Assembly: GCA_943788915.1 (NCBI GenBank)
Contig: CALSSD010000012.1
Coordinates: forward strand, 124,001 to 172,643
Direction: 5' to 3'
DNA length: 48,643 nucleotides
DNA from: an uncultured Acidimicrobiales bacterium
Lineage (GTDB): Bacteria; Actinomycetota; Acidimicrobiia; Acidimicrobiales; UBA10347
Shown piece by piece: positions 22,467 to 32,012 of this stretch. A program made the position numbers and the translations under genes. The first letter of the stretch is position 1. Each line of letters begins with the position of its first letter. The notes beneath the pieces were generated by a model that was given only the letters and a program-made list of their open reading frames with translations, searched no databases and had not been told where the DNA came from.

Positions 22467-22631
22467 TTAAAGGCGCCGGCCCGACCGAACAATGGTGCGT
22501 TTGCCAAAGAGTGCGTCGGCCTCGTCGAAGAACAGGACTTGGCGGGTTGACTGCGCCCCAACAGTGTTCGGATACGGGATAGGTGTCCCGGTGATGATTG
22601 GTGGCTGCTGCGAAGGCGTGAAGTACATCAT
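22467..22631 (-). CDS. Small ORF D (54 aa), shared-leader micropeptide family
   Basis: MMYFTPSQQPPIITGTPIPYPNTVGAQSTRQVLFFDEADALFGKRTIVRSGRRL; AGGAC RBS followed by CCAATG; leader matches ORFs A-C. Confidence 0.65.
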   Translation of the reverse strand: MMYFTPSQQPPIITGTPIPYPNTVGAQSTRQVLFFDEADALFGKRTIVRSGRRL

Positions 22632-22731
22632 TGGCGGTGTCCTAACGACGTGTCGAGTGGTTTTGGTATGTCCATAGTGTCCACGAATGGACGAGGCTCG
22701 AGGGTCGCAACGGCGACAGTTGCTGGGTGAC
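22632..22731 (-). promoter_or_regulatory. Conserved micropeptide leader, copy D
   Basis: GTCAC-ccagca-ACTGT-cgccgtt-GCGAC ... CACTAT (-10-like) ... AGGACaccgCCAATG. Confidence 0.6.
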
Positions 22732-22855
22732 GTGAGACACATTTCGCCAGCGAGTGGGGCTCCATGTTTCCACCCGCCGGGTCCTCGGATGGGTTCGATC
22801 AGCAGTTCTCGCCGCACGACTCGCGTCGTTGTCAGCACTCCGAGGGAAAGGTGGG

Positions 22856-23620
22856 TCAGGCGGCTGAGATCCCACCATCGACCATGTAGACGCCGCCGGT
22901 GAGGAACTCGGCTTCGTTGCTGGCGAGGAAACACATCAGGTTGGCGACGTCGCCGGGTTCGCCGTAGCGGCCCAGCGGGATCCTGTGGGCAATCGAGTCA
23001 TGCGCCGATGCAGCGGCACCTGGCATCATTCCCTCCTCAAGTGAGCGCATCATCCGCGTCTCGACCGGTGAAGGATTCACGGTGTTCACCCGGATATTCA
23101 GTGGCGCGCACTCAAGTGCCGCCGAGCGCATCATGCCGACGACGGCGTGTTTGCTGGTGACATAGGGAGAGACGCCCGGCGAACCATGGATGCCGGCGAC
23201 GCTGGATGTGATGACGATCGCTCCACCACCACGTTTGGCAATCTCTGGTATCGCGTACTTCAGGCCCAACCACACACCGCGGACGTTGACGGCGATGACC
23301 TTGTCGAACATCTCGACGTCCTGGTCCACGATTGGCTTCACCCGCCCCTCGATGCCAGCGTTGGCGACAAGGATGTCGACACCGCCGAAGGCCTCGGTAG
23401 CGGCCTGGACATAGGACTGTGCGCCCTCGGGTTTGGACACGTCGGCGACGCACCACGCTGCCGCGTCACCGAGCTCGCGGGCGGCGTCAGCAAGTGCCGC
23501 CTGGTCGAGATCGACGAGCAGCACCTTTGCGCCCTCGGCGACGAACTTGTTCGCCGCGGCGAGTCCGATGCCCCCGGCACCGCCGGTAATGATGGCCACC
23601 TTGTCTTGCAGTCTGCTCAT
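22856..23620 (-). CDS. Short-chain dehydrogenase/reductase (SDR)
   Basis: TGGAGGIG, NAG, YVTSK (YxxxK), VDGG. Confidence 0.95.
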   Translation of the reverse strand: MSRLQDKVAIITGGAGGIGLAAANKFVAEGAKVLLVDLDQAALADAARELGDAAAWCVADVSKPEGAQSYVQAATEAFGGVDILVANAGIEGRVKPIVDQDVEMFDKVIAVNVRGVWLGLKYAIPEIAKRGGGAIVITSSVAGIHGSPGVSPYVTSKHAVVGMMRSAALECAPLNIRVNTVNPSPVETRMMRSLEEGMMPGAAASAHDSIAHRIPLGRYGEPGDVANLMCFLASNEAEFLTGGVYMVDGGISAA

Positions 23621-23724
23621 GATTCGCTCCGCGTGAGAAAACCCGAGGCTAGCAATCGCTCGGCTTTGTGGCCCAGGTCCCCTGCACGCACCTGACCGCA
23701 GCTTGTTGGGCTAGGTTCGGCGAG

Positions 23725-24837
23725 ATGCGCACCAGCGGAGCAGTTCTCTTCGATTCGCCAGGGGAGTGGGAGATTGTCGACATCGATGTCGAAGCGCCGC
23801 GCCAGGCCGAGTTATTGGTCGAGATGACTGCAGCCGGTCTTTGCCATTCCGACGATCACTACGTGCGCGGTGACACCGTCGCGCCGCTTCCGCTCGCCGG
23901 GGGTCACGAGGGTGCCGGGGTCGTCGTGCAGGTTGGCCCCCATACCAGCGGGTGGGCGGTTGGTGATCATGTCGTCATGTCGTTTCTGCCTGCGTGCGGC
24001 CGGTGTCGCTGGTGTGCCACCGGCATGCAGAACTTGTGCGATATGGGTCGTTTCTTGCGAGACGGATGCCGTGAAGACGGCAGCTTTCGCATGTCGCTAC
24101 CCGGCGACGACCGCAATCTTGCCCAGATGTGCGGCATCTCGACATTCAGTCGGCACACACTGATCGATGTTGCAGCCGCGATCAAGGTGCCAGCAGAGTT
24201 GCCCCTGACCTCGGCCTGCCTGGCCGGTTGCGGCGTGGGCACCGGTTGGGGATCGGCTGTCAACTCGGCACAGGTAGCTCCGGGCGACACGGTGATCGTT
24301 ATGGGCGTCGGCGGCATTGGTATTCATGCCGTGCAGGGAGCGAGTCACTCCGGCGCCAGCCACGTGATCGCCGTGGACCCAGTCGAGCTCAAGCGAGAAA
24401 TGGCGGGCAAGGTCGGAGCGACCGCAGCCTTTGCTTCGATGCCCGAAGCCATCGAGTTTGCGCGATCGCGCACGAACGGCCAGGGTGCCGATTCGGCGAT
24501 CGTGTGCACCGGCGTGCTTGAGCCAGACCATGTCACTCAGGCCTTCGATGCGATTCGCAAGGCCGGCACTGTTGTGGTCACTGCGATTGGTCACGCCGAC
24601 ACCGACATAACGATCAATGCCCGCGAGCTCACGTTGTTTCAGAAGCGTATTCAGGGCTCGGTGTTCGGTGGTTCAAATCCGACGGCTGACATCCCTCGCA
24701 TGCTCGACATGTATGTGAACGGCGACCTGCTGCTCGACGAGTTGGTCACCAGTACCTACGCGCTTGAAGACATCAACCAGGGTTACAAAGACATGCATGC
24801 TGGCAAGAACATTCGCGGCGTGATCACCTACGACTAG
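23725..24837 (+). CDS. Zn-dependent alcohol dehydrogenase (NDMA-dependent/class III-like)
   Basis: GLCHSD, GHEGAG, CGRCRWC..C, GCGVGTGWG, GVGGIG; TAGGTT -10 at 23712-23717 (leaderless). Confidence 0.92.
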   Translation: MRTSGAVLFDSPGEWEIVDIDVEAPRQAELLVEMTAAGLCHSDDHYVRGDTVAPLPLAGGHEGAGVVVQVGPHTSGWAVGDHVVMSFLPACGRCRWCATGMQNLCDMGRFLRDGCREDGSFRMSLPGDDRNLAQMCGISTFSRHTLIDVAAAIKVPAELPLTSACLAGCGVGTGWGSAVNSAQVAPGDTVIVMGVGGIGIHAVQGASHSGASHVIAVDPVELKREMAGKVGATAAFASMPEAIEFARSRTNGQGADSAIVCTGVLEPDHVTQAFDAIRKAGTVVVTAIGHADTDITINARELTLFQKRIQGSVFGGSNPTADIPRMLDMYVNGDLLLDELVTSTYALEDINQGYKDMHAGKNIRGVITYD

Positions 24838-24986
24838 TAACCGTGGTGGTTTGGGCCAAGCTGCACCGCCGAGGGCAGCATTCGGGGGCCCGGGCATGCG
24901 ACTGAGTGTTGTCGGGTTCTGGGCCGTCGGCGACGCACAACAGGCCCGGCGCAGCACACTGCGACATCCCAGGCAAGAGGCCAGCC

Positions 24987-25694
24987 TTATTCGGCCGGCC
25001 CGAAGACCCAGACGTCGTCGTCAACCCGTAGGTAGTTCTCGGGATCGGCGAAGTCGAAGGTCTCTCGGTCACCACCGAAGGTCATGATCATCGGGCTGCC
25101 GTTGTTGTTGACGGTGATGGAGTCGAAGTCGTATTTCACCTGGGTCTGGTCCTGAGCATTCCAGGGCGGGTCTGCGAGCAGTTTCCACTCACGTCCGTCC
25201 GAGCTCGACCACACGTCCATCGGATTCTCGATGAGCCCGAATCCGCCGAAACACACGAAGTCCCGTCTGAGGACCTCGCACTGGTGACCAGGTCGTTCGC
25301 TCCAGCCGGCCGACGGCGAGACCAGTTCCCATGTCGCACCGTCGACGGAGCGCCACACGTCATTGAAGTACGGGGCGTCGCAGTCGGGGAGTGGCGCTGG
25401 GTGGCTAGCCGGAGCGCTGATTGCGCTCATGTCGTGGTCGTGTGGGGGCTGGGCTATGCCGGGAAGGGTGTCGAGAACAATCACCGTCAAGTTGTCGTCG
25501 TTGTGCAGGACGTGTTCGCCGCCGAGTCGCCAGCCGTATTCGCTCGTGGGCACCTCGTTCTCGGTGAAAGGCGGAATCTGAGCGGCGAGGGCCTGAGGAT
25601 CGGCGAAGAGTTCGTGTGTCTCACGCAAGATCGTGTCGCGAGGTGAATCGCTGTCGAGCGCTGCAAGACATGCCTTCACGAAGGCTTCTAGCAC
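24987..25694 (-). pseudogene. Apparent in-frame chimera: cysteine-dioxygenase-like cupin N-terminus fused to a Kelch/propeller C-terminus
   Basis: LHNDDNLTVI..PPHDH (truncated cupin motif), then YFNDVWRS.DG..W, RPGH, FGG, DVWSS.DG..W, DDVW. Confidence 0.55.
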
Positions 25695-25823
25695 TGGTGG
25701 CGTCTGCAGAGGGGCCAGCCTAGAACCGAGATGCCCGGTCCTCAGACGCCTACGCCCGGACCTGTTGAGATCTGGGGCTTTGGTCCCTCGACAACGGTGC
25801 ACTGACCGGTCGATACTTGACCG

Positions 25824-26447
25824 ATGCCCACACGTCTAGAGGTCTTCGCTGATATCAGTTGCCCGTTCACCCACGTCGGGCTGAAGAGAGTCGTGCACGA
25901 ACTGGCGGCGTCCGACGGCCAGGTCGACATCGTGGTGCGGGCCTGGCCGCTGGAGTGGGTCAACGGGGCGCCGCTCGAAGCCGCGGCTGTATCGGCCAAG
26001 ATCGCGGCTCTGAAGAAACAACTGGCAACAAACGTCTTCGCCAACTTCAGCGAAGACACCTGGCCAACGACAACGATTCCTGCGTTGAATCTGGCCGCTG
26101 CAGCCTCTGATGTCGATCAACCCACTGGCCTGGCTATGAGTCTTGCGCTGCGCAACGCCTTGTTCGAGCAAGGCCGAAATCTGGGTGATGCCGACGTGTT
26201 GTCGTCGATTGCGAGTGAGTTCAATTTGGACGCGCCATCGGCCGAGGCACATGCCAGGGTGCTCGCCGACTACGAGGATGGGCAACGCCGCGGAGTGCGT
26301 GGGTCCCCAGATTTCTGGCTCGGTGAGGAGGAGTTCTTCTGTCCGGCATTGAGGCTCGGCCATGACGACGACGGTCTCACCGCTGCATTCGACACCGAGG
26401 GTTTTGGCGACTTCATGGACCATGTGTGGGCGTCGACGGCGACCTGA
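25824..26447 (+). CDS. DsbA/FrnE-like thioredoxin-fold protein
   Basis: EVFADISCPFT, GVRGSPDF, FCP. Confidence 0.85.
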   Translation: MPTRLEVFADISCPFTHVGLKRVVHELAASDGQVDIVVRAWPLEWVNGAPLEAAAVSAKIAALKKQLATNVFANFSEDTWPTTTIPALNLAAAASDVDQPTGLAMSLALRNALFEQGRNLGDADVLSSIASEFNLDAPSAEAHARVLADYEDGQRRGVRGSPDFWLGEEEFFCPALRLGHDDDGLTAAFDTEGFGDFMDHVWASTAT

Positions 26448-26512
26448 ACGTCAACCCGGTAAGACCACGCGGCCGGCCTGACCCGCTCGGCTAGACGCTG
26501 GCCTAACATGGA

Positions 26513-27430
26513 ATGGTGCTGAGAACGACGGGCCGTGCGTTCCTCGGCGAGGCGGAACTGACCGAACGCGAGGGAGCGGTGCTCCTTGCACTGGCTGGGA
26601 CGGTCTTCAGTTTCACAGCGGTGGCCTACCGTGCTGTCGATGCTGCCAACGATTGGCAGTTTCTGGCCTACCGGGGTGGCTCGACGGCACTCGCTATGTT
26701 GGGGCTCGTCGCGCTTCGGCATCGGTCGCGTCCAGTTGACTTCGTTGCAACGACATGGAAGGCCATAGTCGCTGGGTTCTTGTTGGCGATCACGTCCATG
26801 CTGTACATCTTGGCGCTGAGCCGGATCTCGGCGGCCACCACGCTGCTGCTCCTTGCGGCAGCGCCGGTCTACGCCGCAGTGTTCGGCTGGCTGTTGCTGC
26901 GGGAACGGGTGCACAGCGCGACCTTCATCGCTATTGGCGTGACTATGGTCGGCGTTGCGATCATGGTCGGCACCGGGCTCGACGCTGGCTCGGGAGTGGG
27001 ACTGGTGTTCGCGATGCTGATCCCGATTCTCGTGGGCCTATACAACGTGGTGCTTCGCTCCGCTCCAGGCACAGATCCGGTCGTCCCAGCCTTGCTTGCA
27101 GGTGTGTTCCTGGCTCTTGGTGCGACGGCCGCTGCATTAGCCAATGGCGGTCTCGCGGTGTCATGGCGCGACGCAGCTTTGGCATGTGTGAGTGGGGGAG
27201 TAGCGCTCGGGATCGGGTTACCGCTGTTCAACCTTGGACACCGGTCGGTTCCCGCCGCGCGGGTGTCGCTTCTGCTTATGACCGAGATCGTTCTTGCCCC
27301 GTTGTGGGTCTGGATCTGGCCCGGTGAGACGCCTCGGGTCGGAACGCTGATCGGCGGAGCGATCGTTCTGGCTGCCGTTGTGTGGCTGGTTACGAAATCG
27401 TCCGACTCCGAGGACCTGCTGATCGTGTGA
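26513..27430 (+). CDS. DMT/EamA family transporter
   Basis: About 10 TM segments in two repeats; LLLRERV, EIVLAPLWVW..GETP. Confidence 0.9.
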   Translation: MVLRTTGRAFLGEAELTEREGAVLLALAGTVFSFTAVAYRAVDAANDWQFLAYRGGSTALAMLGLVALRHRSRPVDFVATTWKAIVAGFLLAITSMLYILALSRISAATTLLLLAAAPVYAAVFGWLLLRERVHSATFIAIGVTMVGVAIMVGTGLDAGSGVGLVFAMLIPILVGLYNVVLRSAPGTDPVVPALLAGVFLALGATAAALANGGLAVSWRDAALACVSGGVALGIGLPLFNLGHRSVPAARVSLLLMTEIVLAPLWVWIWPGETPRVGTLIGGAIVLAAVVWLVTKSSDSEDLLIV

Positions 27431-27475
27431 GAACGAGACTTCGTCGGGTGCACGTTTGCCCCGTAGGTTGTATCG

Positions 27476-28573
27476 ATGTCTTCGCCACTGTTGAGTCCGC
27501 TGCAATTACCCCGAGGTCGGGCGTTGCCGAACCATTTTGTGTTGGCCCCGCTGACGAATCAGCAGAGCAACGTCGATGGCACGTTGTCCGACGATGAGCA
27601 TCGGTGGCTGACGATGCGAGCCGACGGCGGGTTCGGTTTGACCATGACGTGTGCTGCCCATGTACAAGCGGTGGGGCAGGGATTTCCCGGCCAGCTCGGT
27701 GTTTGGGGCGATCATCAGTTACCGGGTCTCACTCGGCTGGCGTCGGATATCAATGCGACTGGTTCGGTCTCGATCGCGCAGCTTCACCACGCTGGCAATC
27801 GCTCGCCCATCGAAGTAATAGGCACGACGCCGGTTTGTCCGTCCGACGACGAGGAGACGGGTGCCCGTGCGCTGACTACCGACGAGGTGCAAGAGTTGGT
27901 AGCTGACTTCGTTGCTGCGGCAGTGCGGTGTGAAGCCGCCGGGTTCGATGGCGTTGAGCTACACGGTGCTCATGGCTACATCATCTGCCAGTTTCTGAGC
28001 TCGACGTTGAATCGACGGGCCGATGAGTATGGCGGCTCGCTTGAGAACCGCAGTCGGCTGTTGTTCGAGATGTTGGCGGATATTCGCGAACAATGTGGCG
28101 ACGACTTCATCGTGGGCGTCCGGCTGTCGCCGGAACGTTTCGGCATGGATCTGGCCGAGATCCGGACACTGACCCAGCAACTCATCGACACCGGCGACGT
28201 CGACTTCATGGACCTCTCGTTGTGGGATTGTTTCAAGGAGTCCGAGGATGAGCAGTGGCATGGTCGTTCGCTCGTCGAGATCGTTTGTGACATCGAGCGC
28301 CGGACCGATCCGCAAGGTCGGCGAGTTCCTGTTGGTGTCGCAGGCAAGATCCACGATCCGGCCGATGCCGAGCGGGTCATCGCCGCCGGGGCCGACTTCC
28401 CAATTCTTGGTCGTGTCGCGATTCTGCACCACGACTATCCGCAGCGCCTCGCAGCCGATTCTGCATTCGTACCTGTGCGTCCGCCGGTGACGCGCCAGTA
28501 CCTGGCTGAGCAGGGTCTGAGCCCGGCATTCGTCGAGTACATGAATCGCTGGGCCGGCTTCATCGCCGACTAG
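27476..28573 (+). CDS. NADH:flavin oxidoreductase (Old Yellow Enzyme family)
   Basis: LAPLT, QLHHAG, AGFDGVELHGAHGY, NRRADEYGGSLENR. Confidence 0.95.
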   Translation: MSSPLLSPLQLPRGRALPNHFVLAPLTNQQSNVDGTLSDDEHRWLTMRADGGFGLTMTCAAHVQAVGQGFPGQLGVWGDHQLPGLTRLASDINATGSVSIAQLHHAGNRSPIEVIGTTPVCPSDDEETGARALTTDEVQELVADFVAAAVRCEAAGFDGVELHGAHGYIICQFLSSTLNRRADEYGGSLENRSRLLFEMLADIREQCGDDFIVGVRLSPERFGMDLAEIRTLTQQLIDTGDVDFMDLSLWDCFKESEDEQWHGRSLVEIVCDIERRTDPQGRRVPVGVAGKIHDPADAERVIAAGADFPILGRVAILHHDYPQRLAADSAFVPVRPPVTRQYLAEQGLSPAFVEYMNRWAGFIAD

Positions 28574-28623
28574 CCGAGCGCGAGGGTGAAACGGGAAAGC
28601 GGTGTGCAGCGTAGTCTCTGACG

Positions 28624-29685
28624 ATGCCACGCCTCAGAGAACTCGGCTTCACCATCGGCACCTTCCCGACCGGTGATCGCAATGCAATAACCGATGTTGC
28701 CGGTGTGTCGGTGGGACATCAAACGGTGATCCGCAACGAACCTCGCGTTGCCCGAACTGGCGTGACGATCGTTAACTCAAGGCCGGTCGAAGCGCGCTCC
28801 GATCTGTGCTTTGGCGGTCTGTTCTCGTTCAACGGCAACGGCGAGATGACCGGCTCCCACTGGCTTGACGAGTCGGGCTTATTGAGCGGTCCAATCGGTA
28901 TAACCAATACACACCAGGTCGGGCTAGTTCGCGACACACTCGTAGCGGCAGAGATCGAACGCGATCCGAAGGCCTCGTGGTGCCTGCCAGTGGTCGGTGA
29001 AACGTATGACGGCTTCTTGAACGACATCGGTGCCTTTCATCTCACTCTCGATGATGTGAAAGCAGCCATCGCCGACGCCGACGCTCATCCCGACGGAGCC
29101 GTGGCCGAGGGTAATGTTGGCGGCGGAACCGGCATGGTGTGCCATGGCTTCAAGGGCGGGATCGGTACTTCGTCACGGCGAGTCGAGACGGCGGGAAGCA
29201 CCTACACCGTGGCCGCACTGGTGCAGGCCAACTATGGCGCCAGGGGACTACTGCGCTTGGAAGGACGACCGGTCGGCACAACGATCGACGCAGATGTGAC
29301 CCCACTGCCGACCGACCCCGCAGTGGCAGATGCCGGCTCGATCATCGTGGTCATAGCGACCGATGCGCCGCTGCTGGCCGATCAGTGCAAACGACTGGCA
29401 CGACGGGCAACGGTCGGGCTTGCCCGCGTGGGTGGCACCGGTGGAAACGGAAGCGGTGACATATTCATCGCCTTTTCGACTGGGAACACCGTTCCGCTCC
29501 ATGCGGTCGAGCCAACAACAGTCACGACGGTGCCAGCAGCAGCGATGACGCCGTTATTCAACGCCACCGCCGAGGCAGTCGAGGAGTCGATCTGGAACGC
29601 ACTGTGTGCGGCCGAGACGATGACCGGCCATCGAGGACGGATCGTGCATGCCATCCCGCACGATCGACTGGTCGCACTTCGCTGA
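28624..29685 (+). CDS. dmpA: P1 family (S58) DmpA-like aminopeptidase
   Basis: NAITDVAGVSVGH, NGNGEMTG, EGNVGGGTGM..FKGGIGTSSR, G/SIIVVIATDAP autocleavage site, GSGDIFIAFST. Confidence 0.9.
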   Translation: MPRLRELGFTIGTFPTGDRNAITDVAGVSVGHQTVIRNEPRVARTGVTIVNSRPVEARSDLCFGGLFSFNGNGEMTGSHWLDESGLLSGPIGITNTHQVGLVRDTLVAAEIERDPKASWCLPVVGETYDGFLNDIGAFHLTLDDVKAAIADADAHPDGAVAEGNVGGGTGMVCHGFKGGIGTSSRRVETAGSTYTVAALVQANYGARGLLRLEGRPVGTTIDADVTPLPTDPAVADAGSIIVVIATDAPLLADQCKRLARRATVGLARVGGTGGNGSGDIFIAFSTGNTVPLHAVEPTTVTTVPAAAMTPLFNATAEAVEESIWNALCAAETMTGHRGRIVHAIPHDRLVALR

Positions 29686-30305
29686 CGGTCGAGGTTTCCA
29701 GGTCCGCCACCGACGTGGATTGTGATGACGGTGATGCGGGCGAGACTCGTGGTTTGTTGGCGGTTGGTGGTTGTGAGCCGATTGTTCACGGTTTCGGGGT
29801 TGATCATCCGTATGTGTGTGGTGGCGGGATGAGCGGCGAGATCCGGGGTGGTCTACCGCCGTATCGTCTGGAGTATTTGTTGAATCCGAACCCGCCCCCG
29901 AGAGGCGCGTGGACAGCGCCTGGTTTCATTCATTACGGCACGGTCAGCGGGTGGCACGATGTTTGGCTGACGGTCACTGACTCGATCGGCACAGCGTTGG
30001 ATCCTGCAGCGTCGTTCCGTGCGAATATCACGAATGGTTGCACGTCAAGCCCGCCCAGGTTGCCGTCGCCTAAGATTGTGAATGCGCCTGCTCATGCTGA
30101 TCCGTGGGCGAACTCGGACCCTGCTGCAGCTGCGAACGATGCTGTGGCTGCGAACGTTGCGCCTTCGGCTGTGGTGCCGCTGCCTGAGGCTCCGGCAGTT
30201 GCGTTCACGGGAACACGTAGCAGTGTCGCTGCAACTGTGGCCTTTGTTCTTCTTGGCTTGGGTTTCTTCACGCTTGGTGAGCAATGGCGTCGACGAGACT
30301 CGTGA
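29682..30305 (+). pseudogene. 5'-truncated surface-protein remnant with AFTG-TM-RRR sorting signal
   Basis: Begins at the dmpA stop with no start or RBS; ends with a Pro/Ala linker, VAFTG, a hydrophobic helix and WRRRDS. Confidence 0.6.
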
Positions 30306-30392
30306 CCTAGTCGCGACTTCGTCACCAACCTCCTTTGGTCACAGCGATAACGAACCGCCATGAAGGCTGTAGCCACGAACGGCTTGCTACGC

Positions 30393-30430
30393 GACAGAAC
30401 TCCCGACCATTGCGGCCGGGGGGTTCTGTC
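30393..30430 (-). terminator. Strong hairpin downstream of micropeptide A (possibly bidirectional terminator)
   Basis: gacagaactcccgacc-attgc-ggccggggggttctgtc, between convergent ORFs. Confidence 0.65.
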
Positions 30431-30440
30431 CGTTTCGGTG

Positions 30441-30527
30441 TTAGTGCTGGACAGCCGGTAACAAAAGTGCTGTCAGAAGTCCTTTCTGAATCACTGGTGG
30501 GGCTGGTCGGACGAAAATAGTGCTCAT
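30441..30527 (-). CDS. Small ORF A (28 aa), shared-leader micropeptide family
   Basis: MSTIFVRPAPPVIQKGLLTALLLPAVQH*; AAGGA RBS followed by CCAATG; hairpin downstream. Confidence 0.65.
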   Translation of the reverse strand: MSTIFVRPAPPVIQKGLLTALLLPAVQH

Positions 30528-30621
30528 TGGCATGTTCCTTTGGTTTGACTGGCTGGTGTGAACCCATCATGCGCCACCCTGGACAGCGGTTCTGTCGCCA
30601 TCAACACAGTCTGCGTGTGAC
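30528..30621 (-). promoter_or_regulatory. Conserved micropeptide leader, copy A
   Basis: GTCAC-acgcag-ACTGT-gttgatg-GCGACAGAAC ... CATGAT ... AAGGAacatgCCAATG. Confidence 0.7.
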
Positions 30622-30971
30622 CTCGAGCACGGTCGCCGGCGCAATTGACCAGTGCTGAACCGGTCACGCAAAGTGTGTTTGGCACGCTCCGCGGCCGGTT
30701 TTTGGTGGCTTTGGAGCACTGTTGCCGAGCTGGAGTGGGCCCACCTCAACGACCAGGTCGGCATTGCTCAGGTCGGCGCCGCGCAGGTCGACGCAACTCA
30801 AATCTTGGGTCTGCCTACCGGCTGGCGCCGTGCGAAACCCAAAAGGGCAATTCGTTGTGGTCTCAGGTGTAGCGGTCGGTTCCGGTGTAGCAGCGCCATC
30901 GGAGCCGCTAGAGCACGCCGATGACGCCGGCCCCAAACGCCTCAGCGAAGGCTCCCAGAGCTCCGCCGGGA

Positions 30972-32012
30972 TTAGTGGCCCGTCATCCCGCCGGGTGGTG
31001 GCTGTTCTTTCAGTCGCTCGCTGATGAGGGCGAGTTGCGTGAGCATCTCATGGCGTCGTTCGTCATCGAGGTTCCTCAGGTTGATCCGAAGCGACATGCC
31101 TTCGATCTCAGACCTGATTGTGTTTTCCTGGTCGGGGTCGTCCAGAAAATCGGTGAGTGCGTAGGGACGGATCTCGCGGCGGATGCCCTTGGCCTCGATG
31201 GGGGGCCATTGCTCTGCGGTGACGTGGCCTCGAACCAGTGCGTAGGTTTCGTAGGAGAGGAGGATGCCGTCTGGATCCGCATGCTCTTCGAGGCGGGCCG
31301 CGAGATTGACCTCGCCACCGATGATCGTGTAGTCCATCCGGTCGGCACTCCCGAAGTTACCCACATTGCAGTAGCCCGTGTTGATGCCGATCCGCATCCG
31401 TAGCGGTTGTTGGATACCCCGTGATCGCCACGTGCGCTGCAGCTCGCTCATACGCCGCTGCATAGCGATGGCCATCGCCACGCAGGCCGCCGCATCTTCC
31501 TCGGCTCCTTTCGTTTCGGGGTCTCCGAAGAACATCAGCATCGCGTCCCCGATGAACTTGTCTATTGTTGCCCCGTATTCGAGAGCGATCCCTGCCATCT
31601 CAGTGAGGTAGTCGTTGAGCAGATCGGACAAATCCTCGGGTTCGAGATCGTCGGTGATCTGGGTGAAGTTCTTGAGATCGCTGAAGAACACCGTGAGCTT
31701 CTTGCGTTTTGTCTCCAGCGACACGCCCTGACGACCTGAGAAGATCGACTCGTAGACCTGAGGCGCGAGGTACTTCGACAGTTTCGAAGACAGCGACTCG
31801 AGCATCCGGTTCTTCTCGTCGAGAAGCAGCTTCTGCTCCTCGGTCGCACCAAGGACGTGACGGTAGAGCGAGTCCGAGCGGTCCTTGGCCTCTTCCAGCG
31901 CCACGCGGCTCTCGCCTGAGCGTTTCAGCTTTCGTTCCAGTATCCGGATTTCCCGGCGCAGCGCTCTCGTCTTTTGGGCAACGGCTTCGGTCTCCGGGTC
32001 TTCCTCGGGCAT
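30972..32012 (-). CDS. Class III adenylate/guanylate cyclase with N-terminal coiled coil
   Basis: TVFFSDLKNFT, IDKFIGDA, RIGINTG, GNFGS..DYTIIGGEVNLAARLE. Confidence 0.93.
   Translation of the reverse strand: MPEEDPETEAVAQKTRALRREIRILERKLKRSGESRVALEEAKDRSDSLYRHVLGATEEQKLLLDEKNRMLESLSSKLSKYLAPQVYESIFSGRQGVSLETKRKKLTVFFSDLKNFTQITDDLEPEDLSDLLNDYLTEMAGIALEYGATIDKFIGDAMLMFFGDPETKGAEEDAAACVAMAIAMQRRMSELQRTWRSRGIQQPLRMRIGINTGYCNVGNFGSADRMDYTIIGGEVNLAARLEEHADPDGILLSYETYALVRGHVTAEQWPPIEAKGIRREIRPYALTDFLDDPDQENTIRSEIEGMSLRINLRNLDDERRHEMLTQLALISERLKEQPPPGGMTGH

Noticed and set aside
22467..22934. AAA ATPase pseudogene or 155-aa ORF
   Set aside because: Only a ~14-aa motif matches, with no Walker A or other ATPase sequence in adjacent frames. 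The long ORF overlaps the SDR gene, and the RBS supports ATG 22631.
30418..30431. Third rnpB att copy (ggggttctgtcc)
   Set aside because: Only ~12 nt match, and the sequence is explained as one arm of a terminator hairpin.
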